Assembly (NCBI GenBank): GCA_046075565.1 | Contig: JBJTQJ010000112.1 | Coordinates: forward strand, 1-64,000 | Direction of reading: 5' to 3' | DNA length: 64,000 nucleotides | Origin: Verrucomicrobiales bacterium | Lineage (GTDB): Bacteria; Verrucomicrobiota; Verrucomicrobiia; Verrucomicrobiales; SLCJ01 | In this document: piece by piece, positions 32,433 through 43,231 of the stretch | Position numbering within the stretch: the stretch's first letter is position 1 | How the letters are laid out: each line of letters starts with the position of its first letter | The notes under the pieces: generated by a model | Databases searched by the model: none | Seen by the model: only the letters and a program-made list of their open reading frames with translations | Told to the model about the DNA's origin: nothing | Position numbers and translations under genes: made by a program

Positions 32433-33578
32433 TCATTTCGCCAGTTTTTCCAGACCCGATTTTCCCTTCGAAAAGGCTTCCTCGCGGATCTTTTCCTGTT
32501 CTGCTCCGAAGTCCGTAACTTCTTTCAATGCCGCGTTGAACTTCTCCATGTCGGCGTCATTTTCGAACATAAACTGCCCATCCTGCGCTTCCCATTTTCC
32601 TTCGGCGGCGGCGAGGACTTCGATGCTTTCACCAACTTTTTCGATCATTGCAGCTTCAAGTTCCCGAATTCGGGCGCCATTCTTGGTGTTACTGCGGAAA
32701 CCTTCTTCGAAACCCCGGAACCATGAAGGGTCTGAGCTCGGATTCCCGATCGTGCTTTTTACTTTCTCCGGAAAGGTTCGCAAGTGCTCGTTGAATTTCG
32801 CACCGTATTCCGCCACTACGGCCTTGCTCTTGGCGAGGATTTCCGGGGTTTCCTTGAACCCTTTGTCTTTGGCCGCACGATCCGGATCGAGCAGTGTATC
32901 ATATCCCGTCGCATTTAGGGCCTTGAGATAGCCATTTTGCAATTCGGCCACAGCCTGGAGATTCATGCGCGAGATAGTCTGAATTTTTTCCGCCTCGGTA
33001 GCAGGATTGCCGGAAGGGGCAAGATCGAGTTGGATCGGTTGGCCGGTTTCCGCGGAAGTTTTCACTGCCTTCTCAAAAGCCGCGAGGTCCTTCACCATTT
33101 CCGTGGCGGCCTGCTTTTGCTGCTGATTCTTGTCCTCTTCGCGGCCGGTGATTCTCTTCGCCGCCGCCCCGGCAAGAAGAAAACAGGCGAGTATAATCAC
33201 GATGAGAGAGTAGGAACGGTTGAGAGTGCGGCGGAATTTCTTGCCGAAAGCCAGACAGATAATGGACGCAACAACTGCCAGCAGGAAAGCGACGGCGATC
33301 AAGATGATACCGTTGCCCAAGCTGTTGCCCACTTCGGTAGCCCTATCCGCCGCTGGTTTCACCACGCCCGCGATGAGGGCGATGAGCAGCGCGATGGCAC
33401 TGACATTACGGGTGCTCAATTCGGACTTCGCTTCGTCGTCGCTTGTCCCCTTTGAGGAAAACGATGGACTGCGGGTTGCGAAGTTCTGCCCGCAATTCGG
33501 GCAGACATCCGGGGTCTTCCCGGACCCGGGGGAAACATCAAGCAGGTGCCCGCAGCGGTAACAGGGAATGTTGGCCAT
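32433..33578 (-). CDS. hypothetical membrane protein with N-terminal zinc ribbon
   Basis: CYRC...CPNC, three TM segments, helical C-terminal region. Confidence 0.7.
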   Translation of the reverse strand: MANIPCYRCGHLLDVSPGSGKTPDVCPNCGQNFATRSPSFSSKGTSDDEAKSELSTRNVSAIALLIALIAGVVKPAADRATEVGNSLGNGIILIAVAFLLAVVASIICLAFGKKFRRTLNRSYSLIVIILACFLLAGAAAKRITGREEDKNQQQKQAATEMVKDLAAFEKAVKTSAETGQPIQLDLAPSGNPATEAEKIQTISRMNLQAVAELQNGYLKALNATGYDTLLDPDRAAKDKGFKETPEILAKSKAVVAEYGAKFNEHLRTFPEKVKSTIGNPSSDPSWFRGFEEGFRSNTKNGARIRELEAAMIEKVGESIEVLAAAEGKWEAQDGQFMFENDADMEKFNAALKEVTDFGAEQEKIREEAFSKGKSGLEKLAK

Positions 33579-33620
33579 GATTGGTCTTGTTAGTTTTCGC
33601 GCTTTCGACCTTTGGTTCCC

Positions 33621-34559
33621 TCACGACGTGGACATCGTCTGCACGAGCTGGGCGGCGAGGCTGATCGCCGCAATCATGCTGTCGGGGCGCGCGATGCCGC
33701 GTCCGGCAATTTCAAAGGCGGTTCCATGGTCCGGGCTGGTGCGGGGGAAGGGGAGCCCGAGGGTGACATTCACCCCTTCGCGGAAATCCACCATCTTCAG
33801 CGGGATGAGGCCTTGATCGTGATACATGCAGATCACGGCATGGTAGTCGCGGCGGTAGGCATGGTAGAAAACGATGTCGGGCGAACAAGGGCCTTCGAAG
33901 ACACCGGGATGGGTGTGATTGAGTTCCTCGACCGCCGGTCGGATGATTTCCTCGTCCTCGCTGCCGATTTTTCCTTTTTCACCGGCGTGGGGATTGAGAC
34001 CCGCCACGGCGATGCGCGGGTAAGTGTGTCCGCGTTGGCGGCAGAAGTGGTGGAGCAGGCGACCGGTGCGGATGATGCCCTCGGTCGTTAGATTCCCAGG
34101 CACTTCACGTAGCGGCAGGTGAATGGTGGCCAACGCGACGGTGAGATGCGGGCCGGTGAGGCACATGGTGAAATCTGTGACACCAAATGATTCGGCATAA
34201 TACTCGGTCTGGCCCGGATAGTTGAAGCCGATCTCATACATGGCGGCTTTGTTGATCGGACCGGTGACCACACCTTGGATTTCTCCGGATTTCAACAGGG
34301 CGACGGATTCCTTCATGGCATCCCATCCTCGGCGAGCGGACTCCGCGTCCGGTTGACCGGCGACAATCCCGGTGGTGTCGCCGATAATCCGATAGCGGAC
34401 ATGGCCGGGCACGAGGCCCGAGTTCACGGCTTCGTGGATGATTTCCGGGCCGACACCGGCGGCGTCGCCGATGGTGATTCCGATGACCGGCCGGGGGTCG
34501 TTGGCGTCGTGAGTGGAGTGGTTGGGGGAAGCGGGCTGCGGCGAGGTGAGCGAGTTCAC
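33621..34559 (-). CDS. pdxA: 4-hydroxythreonine-4-phosphate dehydrogenase
   Basis: GDAAGVGPE, PINK, GLNPHAGE, MYHDQG, RTSPDHGTA; start uncertain. Confidence 0.9.
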   Translation of the reverse strand: MNSLTSPQPASPNHSTHDANDPRPVIGITIGDAAGVGPEIIHEAVNSGLVPGHVRYRIIGDTTGIVAGQPDAESARRGWDAMKESVALLKSGEIQGVVTGPINKAAMYEIGFNYPGQTEYYAESFGVTDFTMCLTGPHLTVALATIHLPLREVPGNLTTEGIIRTGRLLHHFCRQRGHTYPRIAVAGLNPHAGEKGKIGSEDEEIIRPAVEELNHTHPGVFEGPCSPDIVFYHAYRRDYHAVICMYHDQGLIPLKMVDFREGVNVTLGLPFPRTSPDHGTAFEIAGRGIARPDSMIAAISLAAQLVQTMSTS

Positions 34560-34671
34560 AATCCCAAGCCTAGGGCGATCCGCCGTCTCAGGGAAGACGA
34601 AAACGCCAATCAGAGGAAAAATTTTGCTCGTGAACCGCCGCCGAGGACCTCTTGCCGAGGCGTCCATCCTC

Positions 34672-36057
34672 TCAGATCGCCGGGAGGCTTGCGGCGGCGA
34701 CGGCCTGCCCGTGGCGTTTCATCTGCTCGTCGGGCGTTGTGATGGTGATGACGGTAGCGAGTTCCGGGAAGGCATCAGCCAGCACGCGGTTGGCTTCCTC
34801 GATGATGATCTGACCGCCTTGGCCGGAGGTCACCCGTCCGAGGATGAGGAGTTTTTCGATCTCGTAGAAATCCGCGTAATGGGCGATGGAGTAACCGAAA
34901 CAGGTGCCGATGGTGCGATAGATGCGGGCGGCATTTTCATTGCCGGATTTCATATCGGCCTGCACCTGTTCGAGTTGCTCGGCGAAGGGCATCTTTCCGA
35001 AGTCATAACCTGCCGATTTGGCCAGACGGGCCACGCCTTGTTGCGAGAAATATTGCACACCGCATCCGGTGTCACGGCTCCACTCATCGACGGGAGCGTT
35101 GTCGCGGTAGTCTACGGGCGCGAAGGCGAGTTCATTCAACCACGGCGTGATCTGGCCTGCGCCGTTCACGTAACCAGCCGCGAGGGAAGTCCCCATCGAG
35201 ATGCCGAGCACGCGGTTGCTGCCGAGGCTCATCGAGCCGGCCAAGGCGGTCACTTCGCCGTCGTTCACGACCACGAAGGGCACACCCCATTCGCGCGCGA
35301 GATTGACGAACATTTTCCGCACATGCGACTCGAACATTTCCGCAGGCACGCCGCGGAAAAGTGAAGCCGCGCGCACCTGGTTGTTCACATAGACCCCGGC
35401 GGCCGAGCCACCGATGGCATCCACTTTTCCGCCCGGCAAATGCGCGGCCGCGCGGGCCAAGGTATCACGAATGCCCGCGAGATGGTATTCGGGATCTTTC
35501 TGGAAATATGGATCCCATTTGATTTCCTCGGAGAAAACCACCTCCCCATTCACCACCGCGGCGGCTTTTCGATCCGAGCCACCGAGATCAAAGCCGATGC
35601 GGTTGCCATCGAGGTGACGGCCGAGACTCACCGCCGAATCCCGCGCCGCCGGAACATCCGACAGTGCCACCGATTCTACGGAGATCGGATGACCGTAAAT
35701 GCGCTTTCCGATAAAGTCCCAATCGAAAGCCCTCTCTCCTTGTTCGCTGTAAATTTTTCCCAGCGCCGCCGCGATCTCGGGTGCCCCGCCGACGATGATT
35801 TGGTTCCCGCCTTTCATCCAGAGAAGAAACTTCACCACCCGCTCGACGTATTTGAGATTGTCGGCGCGGTGTTCCGGTGAATCCGGCAGAAGCGCGCTCT
35901 TCCAGAGAAAATTCAAGCCGTCCTCTCGACCAAGCGCGATGCTCACTTCACGGCGTCCCGGTGTCGAGTCCGCCAATTTCCGGTAGGCGCGATTCCACAA
36001 AACCGCCGGGGAAAATTCCGGGTCAAGCACGGGTTTGTGTGTGATATTAAACTGCAT
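34672..36057 (-). CDS. ROK family protein
   Basis: IGFDLGGSD, VVNDGEVTALAG, MGTS, NELAF. Confidence 0.8.
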   Translation of the reverse strand: MQFNITHKPVLDPEFSPAVLWNRAYRKLADSTPGRREVSIALGREDGLNFLWKSALLPDSPEHRADNLKYVERVVKFLLWMKGGNQIIVGGAPEIAAALGKIYSEQGERAFDWDFIGKRIYGHPISVESVALSDVPAARDSAVSLGRHLDGNRIGFDLGGSDRKAAAVVNGEVVFSEEIKWDPYFQKDPEYHLAGIRDTLARAAAHLPGGKVDAIGGSAAGVYVNNQVRAASLFRGVPAEMFESHVRKMFVNLAREWGVPFVVVNDGEVTALAGSMSLGSNRVLGISMGTSLAAGYVNGAGQITPWLNELAFAPVDYRDNAPVDEWSRDTGCGVQYFSQQGVARLAKSAGYDFGKMPFAEQLEQVQADMKSGNENAARIYRTIGTCFGYSIAHYADFYEIEKLLILGRVTSGQGGQIIIEEANRVLADAFPELATVITITTPDEQMKRHGQAVAAASLPAI

Positions 36058-36219
36058 AGCAGAATGAACGTGGGATAAATGGTTGGATTTGGATACATTG
36101 TCAGTCCAATAAAGAACGTCAAGGGCGGAAAAGTAGAATTTCCCCTCGCGGGTCAATCGACGCGGTTCGGGCTTGCTGCCCTCGGCGTAAAGTGGCTTGA
36201 TTCCCTGATATTCGACCTC

Positions 36220-37647
36220 ATGCGCCAGGCCCTGCTTTCTCCCCGATTTTTTGCCGCTTTCTCGGTGGTTCCTTCCATCTTGCTCGCCGAGCCGGCCGCG
36301 CCCAAGCAGAAGGTCGAGGAAATCTACCAGAACTATTGCGCCCAATGCCACGGTGGAAAGTTCGAGGGCGGACTTGGAGGTTCGCTGGTCGACGGGCAAT
36401 GGAAGCATGGTGCGACCGATGAGGAGATCACACGTTCGATCGCCAAAGGCAACGAGACCCTGGGCATGCAGCCATGGGAGGGCGTCCTCTCCGCGGAGCA
36501 GATTCGTTCGTTGGTGATTTTTCTAAGGGAACAGGAGAAGCAGGAAAAGTTTCGCAAGCTTGAATTCCCGAAACCATCTCTCGACAAAGTCACAAAGACG
36601 ACGCATCATTCGTATCGTCTCGAAACGATCGCCGATGGACTCGACATCCCATGGGCCATCGCGTTCTTGCCGGACGGAAGAAAAATCATCACCGAGCGCC
36701 CGGGGCCGGTGCGTCTCATCGACAAGGATGGCAAATTGCAGCCTCCGGTCGCGGGCACGCCGGCGGTCATTCATCACGGGCAAGGCGGCATGATGGACGT
36801 GGCCGTGCATCCCGACTACGAAAAGAACGGTTGGATTTACCTCGCCCTCTCCGATGGGTGGCAGAAAGATGGAAAACCCAAAACCCTCACCGCCATCGCG
36901 CGTGGACGCATCAAGGATAACCAATGGGTGGATCAGCAATGGATCTGGGGAGGCGATCGCAAGTTTTACGGCAGTGCCGGCGTGCACTTCGGCAGCCGGA
37001 TTGTCTTCGACAAAGGATACATTTATTTCGTGGTCGGTGAACGCGGTGGCAAGGAAGAAGCCCAGGATGTTGCGAATCCAAAAGGTAAAATTTTCCGGCT
37101 CCATGATGACGGCCGCGTGCCAGATGACAATCCCTTCGCGAAGGCCCCGCCTGCCTTGCCCGGAGTCTGGAGTTACGGGCACCGCAACCCGCAGGGCCTC
37201 GTGCTCGACCCGCGTGACGGCAGCCTCTGGTCCACCGAACACGGCCCGCGCGGCGGCGACGAACTGAATCTCATCCGCAAGGGCGCGAACTACGGTTGGC
37301 CGTTCGTGACCTTCGGCATGAATTACGACGGCACCCCCATGACCAGCGAAACATCCCGCCCCGGCATCGAGCCACCGGTCATGCACTGGACACCTTCCAT
37401 CGCCGCCTGCGGACTCGCCATCGGCAACGGCAAGGCATTCCCCAGGTGGGAACGCGATCTTTTCGCCGGCGCCCTCGCGCAGCAGGAGATCCGGCGCATC
37501 CGTGTTTCCATGGGCAAGGTGGTCGAGGAAGAAATCATCTGCAAGGACATCGGGCGCGTGCGCGACGTGAAAACCGCCCCGGATGGCACCATCTACGCCG
37601 TGCTCAATAATCCCAACCGGATCGTCCGCCTCGTTTCGGCGGACTGA
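36220..37647 (+). CDS. PQQ-dependent sugar dehydrogenase with N-terminal cytochrome c
   Basis: CAQCH; GQGG, HFGSRI, YGHRNPQG, EHGPRGGDELN, NYGWP. Confidence 0.88.
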   Translation: MRQALLSPRFFAAFSVVPSILLAEPAAPKQKVEEIYQNYCAQCHGGKFEGGLGGSLVDGQWKHGATDEEITRSIAKGNETLGMQPWEGVLSAEQIRSLVIFLREQEKQEKFRKLEFPKPSLDKVTKTTHHSYRLETIADGLDIPWAIAFLPDGRKIITERPGPVRLIDKDGKLQPPVAGTPAVIHHGQGGMMDVAVHPDYEKNGWIYLALSDGWQKDGKPKTLTAIARGRIKDNQWVDQQWIWGGDRKFYGSAGVHFGSRIVFDKGYIYFVVGERGGKEEAQDVANPKGKIFRLHDDGRVPDDNPFAKAPPALPGVWSYGHRNPQGLVLDPRDGSLWSTEHGPRGGDELNLIRKGANYGWPFVTFGMNYDGTPMTSETSRPGIEPPVMHWTPSIAACGLAIGNGKAFPRWERDLFAGALAQQEIRRIRVSMGKVVEEEIICKDIGRVRDVKTAPDGTIYAVLNNPNRIVRLVSAD

Positions 37648-37752
37648 TGATTTTCCTCTGGTTCGGGGGCGAAGGTATTGCTGCCGGGGATTCCGGCACA
37701 TTCCCTGCTGGTGATTGGGAAACTCCCATGAACTCCCGAACACCCGAATCCC

Positions 37753-39585
37753 ATGAAGTCACCGACCCAGCGGGTCCTGCGGGAACTGCACCAGCGCTAC
37801 GCGTCCCTTCGCGAGGGGGCGGTCGCCGATTACATTCCGGAACTGACGAAAGCGAACCCCGACTGGTTCGGGATCTGCATCGCCACCCGCGATGGTCATC
37901 TTTACGAGATTGGTGACACCCGCCAGAAGTTCACCATCCAGTCAATTTCCAAGGCGCTGACCTACGGGCTCGCTTCGGAAGACCGCGGCGAGGAACACGT
38001 GCTCGCGAGGGTGGGCACCGAACCATCCGGCGAGGCCTTCAATGCCATCAGTTTGAAACCGGGCTCTGGTTCCCCGTTCAACCCGATGATCAATGCCGGA
38101 GCCATTGCCACCTGCGGGCAAATCCTCGCTACCGATGAAGGTTCGCGTTTCGAGCGCATCCGCCGTTATCTTTCCACCTGCGCGGGAAATGATCTCGAGG
38201 TGGATCAGGATGTCTATAAATCCGAAAGCCGCACCGGCCACCGCAACCGTGCCATCGGATGGATGTTGCGGAATTTAGACATCATCGAAGAGGAACCTCG
38301 CGAGGTTATCGAGACCTACTTCCAGCAATGTTCGCTCAAGGTGACTTGTGCCGACCTCGCTGTCATGGCCGCCACTTTGGCGAACCAGGGAGTGAACCCA
38401 CTTACGGGCGAACATGCCATCCGCCGCGAATACGTGGACAATATTCTGGGTGTCATGGCCACCTGCGGCATGTATGACTGGTCCGGGGAATGGCTCTATC
38501 GTGTTGGCTTGCCTGCCAAGAGCGGCGTCGGCGGTGGCATCATGGCGGTTCTGCCCGGGCAACTCGGGATCGGAGTGTTCTCTCCTCCGCTCGATGCCAA
38601 GGGCAACAGCGCCCGTGGCATCCGCGTGTGTATTGATTTGGCGAATGAACTCGCCTTGCATCTCTTCAATCCTCAAGTCGCGCCCCCACCCGCCCTCCGG
38701 GTTTCCTACAACGCCACGCAGGTCGTCTCGCGCCGCCGTTTGCCCGCGGCCGCCTTCCAGACCCTCCGGCGTTATGGCGAACGCATCCGCGTGATTGAGT
38801 TGCAAGGGCCGCTGGTATTCTCGACTTTCGAGCCGGTGGTGCGCGCGCTCGTGCGCCAGGCTGCCTATTGCCGCCATGTGTTGCTCAATTTCACGCACGT
38901 CGTCAGCGCCGACAGCGTGAGCCTGCGCCTTCTCTCCCAGATGCGGGAGAACCTCGCCGCCGAAGGTGTGGTCCTGATTTGTTCGGACCCGGGTGCATTC
39001 CGCAAAGCCCTGCTCGCTTCCGGTTTCCCCGTCGAAAATCTGCACGAAGAACACGATGCCGCCCTCGAACGTTGCGAAAATGCCCTGCTTCAGGAGGTCC
39101 TGAAAAGCGACTGGCAGGAAACCGTGGCCGTCGGCCTCGCGGAAACCGATCTGCTGCTCGGTTGCTCCGCCGAAGATGTCGAAATTCTCCGGGGATTGCT
39201 CGAGCCCCGCTCGTATCAGCCGGACGATGTCATCATTACCAAAGGGACGGCTGCGGACAGTTTGTTCTTCCTTCTCTCCGGACGGGTCGAAGTGCGGCTC
39301 CCATCGCTCCACTCGAACCATTACCAACGTCTCGATGTTCTCTCGACCGGCATGAACTTCGGCGAAATGGCCTTTATCGACCGGGCACCACGTTCCGCCG
39401 ACGTCGTCGCCATCGAACCCGTAGAGTGCTTGGAATTCGGGCGGGCCGCTTTCGATCAACTCGACACGCTCCGCCCCGCGCTGAAAATCCATATCCTCAC
39501 CCGGCTGGCCCGCCATCTCTCCAGCCGCCTCCGGCATACCAACACGGAACTGGCCGCTCTTCGCAAACCGCCCACGCCCGCGTGA
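37753..39585 (+). CDS. glsA: glutaminase with C-terminal STAS and cNMP-binding domains
   Basis: YIPEL, QSISK, NPMINAGAI, GMYD, PAKSGVGG; FGEMA..RSADV. Confidence 0.9.
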   Translation: MKSPTQRVLRELHQRYASLREGAVADYIPELTKANPDWFGICIATRDGHLYEIGDTRQKFTIQSISKALTYGLASEDRGEEHVLARVGTEPSGEAFNAISLKPGSGSPFNPMINAGAIATCGQILATDEGSRFERIRRYLSTCAGNDLEVDQDVYKSESRTGHRNRAIGWMLRNLDIIEEEPREVIETYFQQCSLKVTCADLAVMAATLANQGVNPLTGEHAIRREYVDNILGVMATCGMYDWSGEWLYRVGLPAKSGVGGGIMAVLPGQLGIGVFSPPLDAKGNSARGIRVCIDLANELALHLFNPQVAPPPALRVSYNATQVVSRRRLPAAAFQTLRRYGERIRVIELQGPLVFSTFEPVVRALVRQAAYCRHVLLNFTHVVSADSVSLRLLSQMRENLAAEGVVLICSDPGAFRKALLASGFPVENLHEEHDAALERCENALLQEVLKSDWQETVAVGLAETDLLLGCSAEDVEILRGLLEPRSYQPDDVIITKGTAADSLFFLLSGRVEVRLPSLHSNHYQRLDVLSTGMNFGEMAFIDRAPRSADVVAIEPVECLEFGRAAFDQLDTLRPALKIHILTRLARHLSSRLRHTNTELAALRKPPTPA

Positions 39586-39679
39586 GGGCCGCGCCGGGCT
39601 TGTTCAACCATGGGCAGGTCTATAGGCTCCACACCGCTCCGCGACAACATAGCCTTTATTGTTAGGCGTTTCCGGCGGG

Positions 39680-40480
39680 TTACCTGGAGGGCGTGTCACC
39701 TTTCTTTGCGGCTTGCTCAATGGTGTCCCGGACAAACTGAGCGTGAAGCACCTTGCTCAACCCGAGCGGGTGGTGGATGGTGCGTTCCTCATACTCCATC
39801 GTCACGCGCTCGTCGTGACGGAATTGTGCAAGCACCATGCCGACGAGTAACGGATGAGCGTCCTTACCGGCAACAAACGCTGGGCCGCCGCTGTCGCCGG
39901 CGAATGACGTGAAATCCGCAAGGTAGGTATGATGCTTCTGAATGGGCAAAAATGGATGACTGGCGATGATGCCTTGGCGTGCCACGGCAAATCCCGCGTC
40001 GTTGGCCTCGAAACGCTGTGGATAGGTCAACACGAAAAGAGGACTGCAAATGTGCAACCCTGCGGCCGTCAACCCGGCTTCGTCAGCGATGGCCGCCAAT
40101 GGCAAGGCGCTGACCGGAACAGGCGGGGCCTCCAATAGCCGTAGAACCGCCACGTCCTCCTTGTCATGGCGCACCCAAAGAGGTTCACCATCGCGCCGAA
40201 TATTGACGGTGTGGTCGCGGCGCTTATGGAATCCGTCAGCGTTGCGCTCACGCAGAACGACAATCGTCGTCTCGCCCTTGGTGCGTTCGAGGACATGAGC
40301 GGCAGTCACGAGGTAAAGGCTCTGGTCGGGTGCATCGCGACGCACGAGGATGCACGTGCCGGTAGAATCGACATGGAAGAGCTTGAATGTCGAATCCAGC
40401 ATCTCCGTCGCGAAATCTCCGGCCGCAGCGGCGGCACAACTGAAAATTCCGACCAGCCCAGCGAGAATTACTTGTTTCAT
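39680..40480 (-). CDS. trypsin-like serine protease
   Basis: TAAHV, DVAVL, GDSGGP; signal peptide. Confidence 0.85.
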   Translation of the reverse strand: MKQVILAGLVGIFSCAAAAAGDFATEMLDSTFKLFHVDSTGTCILVRRDAPDQSLYLVTAAHVLERTKGETTIVVLRERNADGFHKRRDHTVNIRRDGEPLWVRHDKEDVAVLRLLEAPPVPVSALPLAAIADEAGLTAAGLHICSPLFVLTYPQRFEANDAGFAVARQGIIASHPFLPIQKHHTYLADFTSFAGDSGGPAFVAGKDAHPLLVGMVLAQFRHDERVTMEYEERTIHHPLGLSKVLHAQFVRDTIEQAAKKGDTPSR

Positions 40481-40769
40481 TATATTGAGAACTGAGGACA
40501 CGCCTGACGTGGTTTATCCACACAATGGTGTGCATAACGTGGCGAATTTGGGAGAAAAAGGTCTGCGTGGAGGGGAGAATGTCAAAAATCGAAGGTGGGG
40601 GCAAGAGGGAAGTTGCGCCCAATGTGAGAAAGCGGGAACTGTGTATGGTCGGGTCGGCTGGGGTTGAACAGGGGGAAAGGTTTTGGAATTTTCGAAGGGG
40701 CTACCGGCTGGCTTAGCTCCAAAATCCGCCATTGCTCCGCAGGCTGAAAACGGGTAATCTCGGGCAAGG

Positions 40770-42263
40770 ATGGGGCCATGGTTGCTAACAGGCGGTTGTC
40801 GCCGCGTTTTTCCGCTCCTGCTCGGACTGCTCGCGCTCTGGGCTCTTCCCGCATGCCGGAAATCCGGGCCTGACGCGGCTATGGAGCGTCTTTCCAAAAG
40901 GGGATTCGCCTTTTCCGTCGAGGATTTCCATCGTGCGGCACGATCCGGTGATGTGAAATCGGTGGAGGAATTTCTCGCCGCCGGCATGGCCGTGGATGTT
41001 CCCGACACCAATGGGAACACCGCCATCGGAGCGGCCAGCCAGAGCGACGCCGCCGATGTCGTGCGGTTGCTCATCTCGGCGGGTGCCCAAGTGAACGCAC
41101 CCGCATCGGAGGGCCGAACGCCCCTCATGCTCGCAGCCGCCAGCGGTTCCGCACCCACCGTCCGGCTCCTGCTCGAAAGCAATGCCGATCCGAAAGCGCG
41201 TGATCCGGAGGGTTGGCATCCGCTTGCCCTTGCCACCTGGAACCATCGTCTCGACGCCGCCGCCGTGCTCTCGGCCAAGGCCAGTGCCGCCGATATCGAT
41301 GATGCCTTGCTTCTCTCCACCTTACACGGGGACGTGGAAATGACAGATTTCTACCTGAGGCGCGGGGCATCGGTTTTCGCTCGCGATTCCGAAGGGCACA
41401 CTCCCCTGATGCTTGCAGCCGCGAATGGACATGTTTCCGTCGCCCGCCGACTGCTCGACAACGGCGCGAATCGCTTCGAACTGCACTCCACAACACAATG
41501 GACACCAGCGCAGTTCGCCGTCCGCGCCGAACAGGAAAGCCTCGCCAAAGGTGATACCATCCGCGCTGCCCAAGCCCGTGCCGTGGCTGATTACCTCTCC
41601 GCGCCCGCCCCCGAGAATGGCGAGGAAATTGGTATCTTCGCCGATCCGCGTCCCATCCTCATCTTTGAGCCGGATGATCCGCCGCCGGATGAAGAAACCT
41701 CGGCCTCCATCGCCCATGGCAAGGTGCGCATCGGCCAGTCGATCAAAGATGCCACCTTGGTCGTGCCCGCGCCCGGATTCGATGGTTTGGCCAGTGCGTG
41801 GAAGGTCACGGAATACCGGGAAAAACCCGCTCCCATCCTGCTCGAATCCGTCTTGCCCGACGGGGTGACCGCCCGCTTCCGCAAGTTGCAAGGATCCCAG
41901 GAACGTGTCGACTCCCGTGCCAACGAACCCATCGCAGGCACGAGTTGGAGACTCGTCTCCGTGCGCCGCCGCATCCAGACCTCCAAGAATACGGGTGAAG
42001 CGCTCGAGGCCAGCACCGCCGTCGTGGAAATTCCCGCCGGTGGACCGCGCCGGGAAATCCGCTCCGGCCAACCCGTGCCCATGGAAGAACCGTATGCCGT
42101 GCTCGAGCCGGCCAAAGGCGGGCAAATCATCACCGCCCGACGCGGGGAAAAATTCAAGCTCACCGGCGACCCGAAAACCTACGCCATCGCCGACATCGGC
42201 CCCGACTCCGTGGTCATCGAAGACACCGCCACCCGCGAAACACGCATCCTCACGCGCAGATAG
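40770..42263 (+). CDS. ankyrin-repeat lipoprotein
   Basis: Lipobox LPAC; repeated GRTPLMLAA / GHTPLMLAA motifs; beta-rich C-terminal region. Confidence 0.8.
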   Translation: MGPWLLTGGCRRVFPLLLGLLALWALPACRKSGPDAAMERLSKRGFAFSVEDFHRAARSGDVKSVEEFLAAGMAVDVPDTNGNTAIGAASQSDAADVVRLLISAGAQVNAPASEGRTPLMLAAASGSAPTVRLLLESNADPKARDPEGWHPLALATWNHRLDAAAVLSAKASAADIDDALLLSTLHGDVEMTDFYLRRGASVFARDSEGHTPLMLAAANGHVSVARRLLDNGANRFELHSTTQWTPAQFAVRAEQESLAKGDTIRAAQARAVADYLSAPAPENGEEIGIFADPRPILIFEPDDPPPDEETSASIAHGKVRIGQSIKDATLVVPAPGFDGLASAWKVTEYREKPAPILLESVLPDGVTARFRKLQGSQERVDSRANEPIAGTSWRLVSVRRRIQTSKNTGEALEASTAVVEIPAGGPRREIRSGQPVPMEEPYAVLEPAKGGQIITARRGEKFKLTGDPKTYAIADIGPDSVVIEDTATRETRILTRR

Positions 42264-42337
42264 GTAGATTTTTCTTTCCTTTTGTCCGCCAATTTGTCAT
42301 AAAGGGCTTGAGAGATCCAACCACCCTCTTTGTCATC

Positions 42338-42637
42338 ATGAAAACGACTCTGTCGGTAAACGGTTCGGTGGACCGTGATGAGGTGGCCGCGTTGCTGAGT
42401 GTTCTCCCCGGGGCCGGGCATCTCTACAAAAACCACTTTGGCGCAGGCCTGGGCATTCTCCTGCTCGGCAATGCGCTCGTCACATTCGTCTCCGGTCTGA
42501 TGGCGCTGGCCACACTCGGATTGTCCCTGATCATCTTGCCCACCGCCTACATGGCCATGGTCGCATGGAGCGCCTACAACCTGCCCGACTGGCACGGCCA
42601 CCACCACTACCTGCACCCATGGACGCCCATGGAATAA
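42338..42637 (+). CDS. small membrane protein (PGAGHLY motif)
   Basis: ALLSVLPGAGHLY, two to three TMs, His-rich C-terminus. Confidence 0.65.
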   Translation: MKTTLSVNGSVDRDEVAALLSVLPGAGHLYKNHFGAGLGILLLGNALVTFVSGLMALATLGLSLIILPTAYMAMVAWSAYNLPDWHGHHHYLHPWTPME

Positions 42638-42925
42638 CCGGGACAGGATGAGGAGACCTGAGCAAGATCTCGTCGGGTGAGTTGGACCCGATCGAAGAAG
42701 GAGCACGGCTAGCTTGGCCGTGACGCCGCCCTGTTTTTTTGCCTCCCGAGCCTGCTTGTCTCGGGTCTTGCCGTTTTCTAACCACTTTCTCTTGGCGGGC
42801 GGGCCGAAGTGGTGTTTAACTGCCTCTCACTTTGCCCACCGCCCTGATGAGCCCGCGTAATTGCCGCCCGCCGACCGACACCCCTTCCGCAGGTGCCTCG
42901 ATTCGGGAGGTGGCATGCCAAGCAT

Positions 42926-43205
42926 CCCCGGGCTTGCGCCCCGGGCTGGTGTGCACGGCTCCGTTGGAGCAAAGAAATGCCCCAATGGGGCAACGCATAC
43001 CAGCGAAGGGTGCAACCCTGGATAGAGCGAAGCTCTGGGTATGCCATGCCATCAATCCCCGCGTTCTGAAGGAACGCCGCATGTCCCCGAATGGCGGACG
43101 TGTGCCCAAACAACCCGGATGCGGCGTTCCTTCAGAACGCCTCCGTTTCGTCGTCTCCATTCCCAGGGTTGCACCCTGGGCTGGTATGTATCGCTCCGTT
43201 GGAAC
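42926..43205. repeat. cluster of REP-like palindromes upstream of the Y1 transposase
   Basis: Perfect 22-bp IR GCGTTCTGAAGGAACGCCGCAT (43061-43082 / 43119-43140); three CCCAGGGTTGCACCCTGGGCTGGTATG-like units in both orientations. Confidence 0.8.
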
Positions 43206-43231
43206 ATCAAAACCCGCCGATTGAGTTTACC

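Noticed and set aside
12659-39537. Long antisense or overlapping ORFs (e.g. 12659-13759, 18292-19596, 31410-32726, 38275-39537)
   Set aside because: These are shadow frames of well-supported genes in high-GC DNA and have no recognisable motifs.
40514-40522. Perfect DnaA box TTATCCACA
   Set aside because: A single occurrence, with no box cluster, AT-rich unwinding element or dnaA/dnaN nearby; not enough to call oriC.
42926-43205. CRISPR array
   Set aside because: The repeats alternate in orientation with irregular spacing, and there are no cas genes; this fits REPs.
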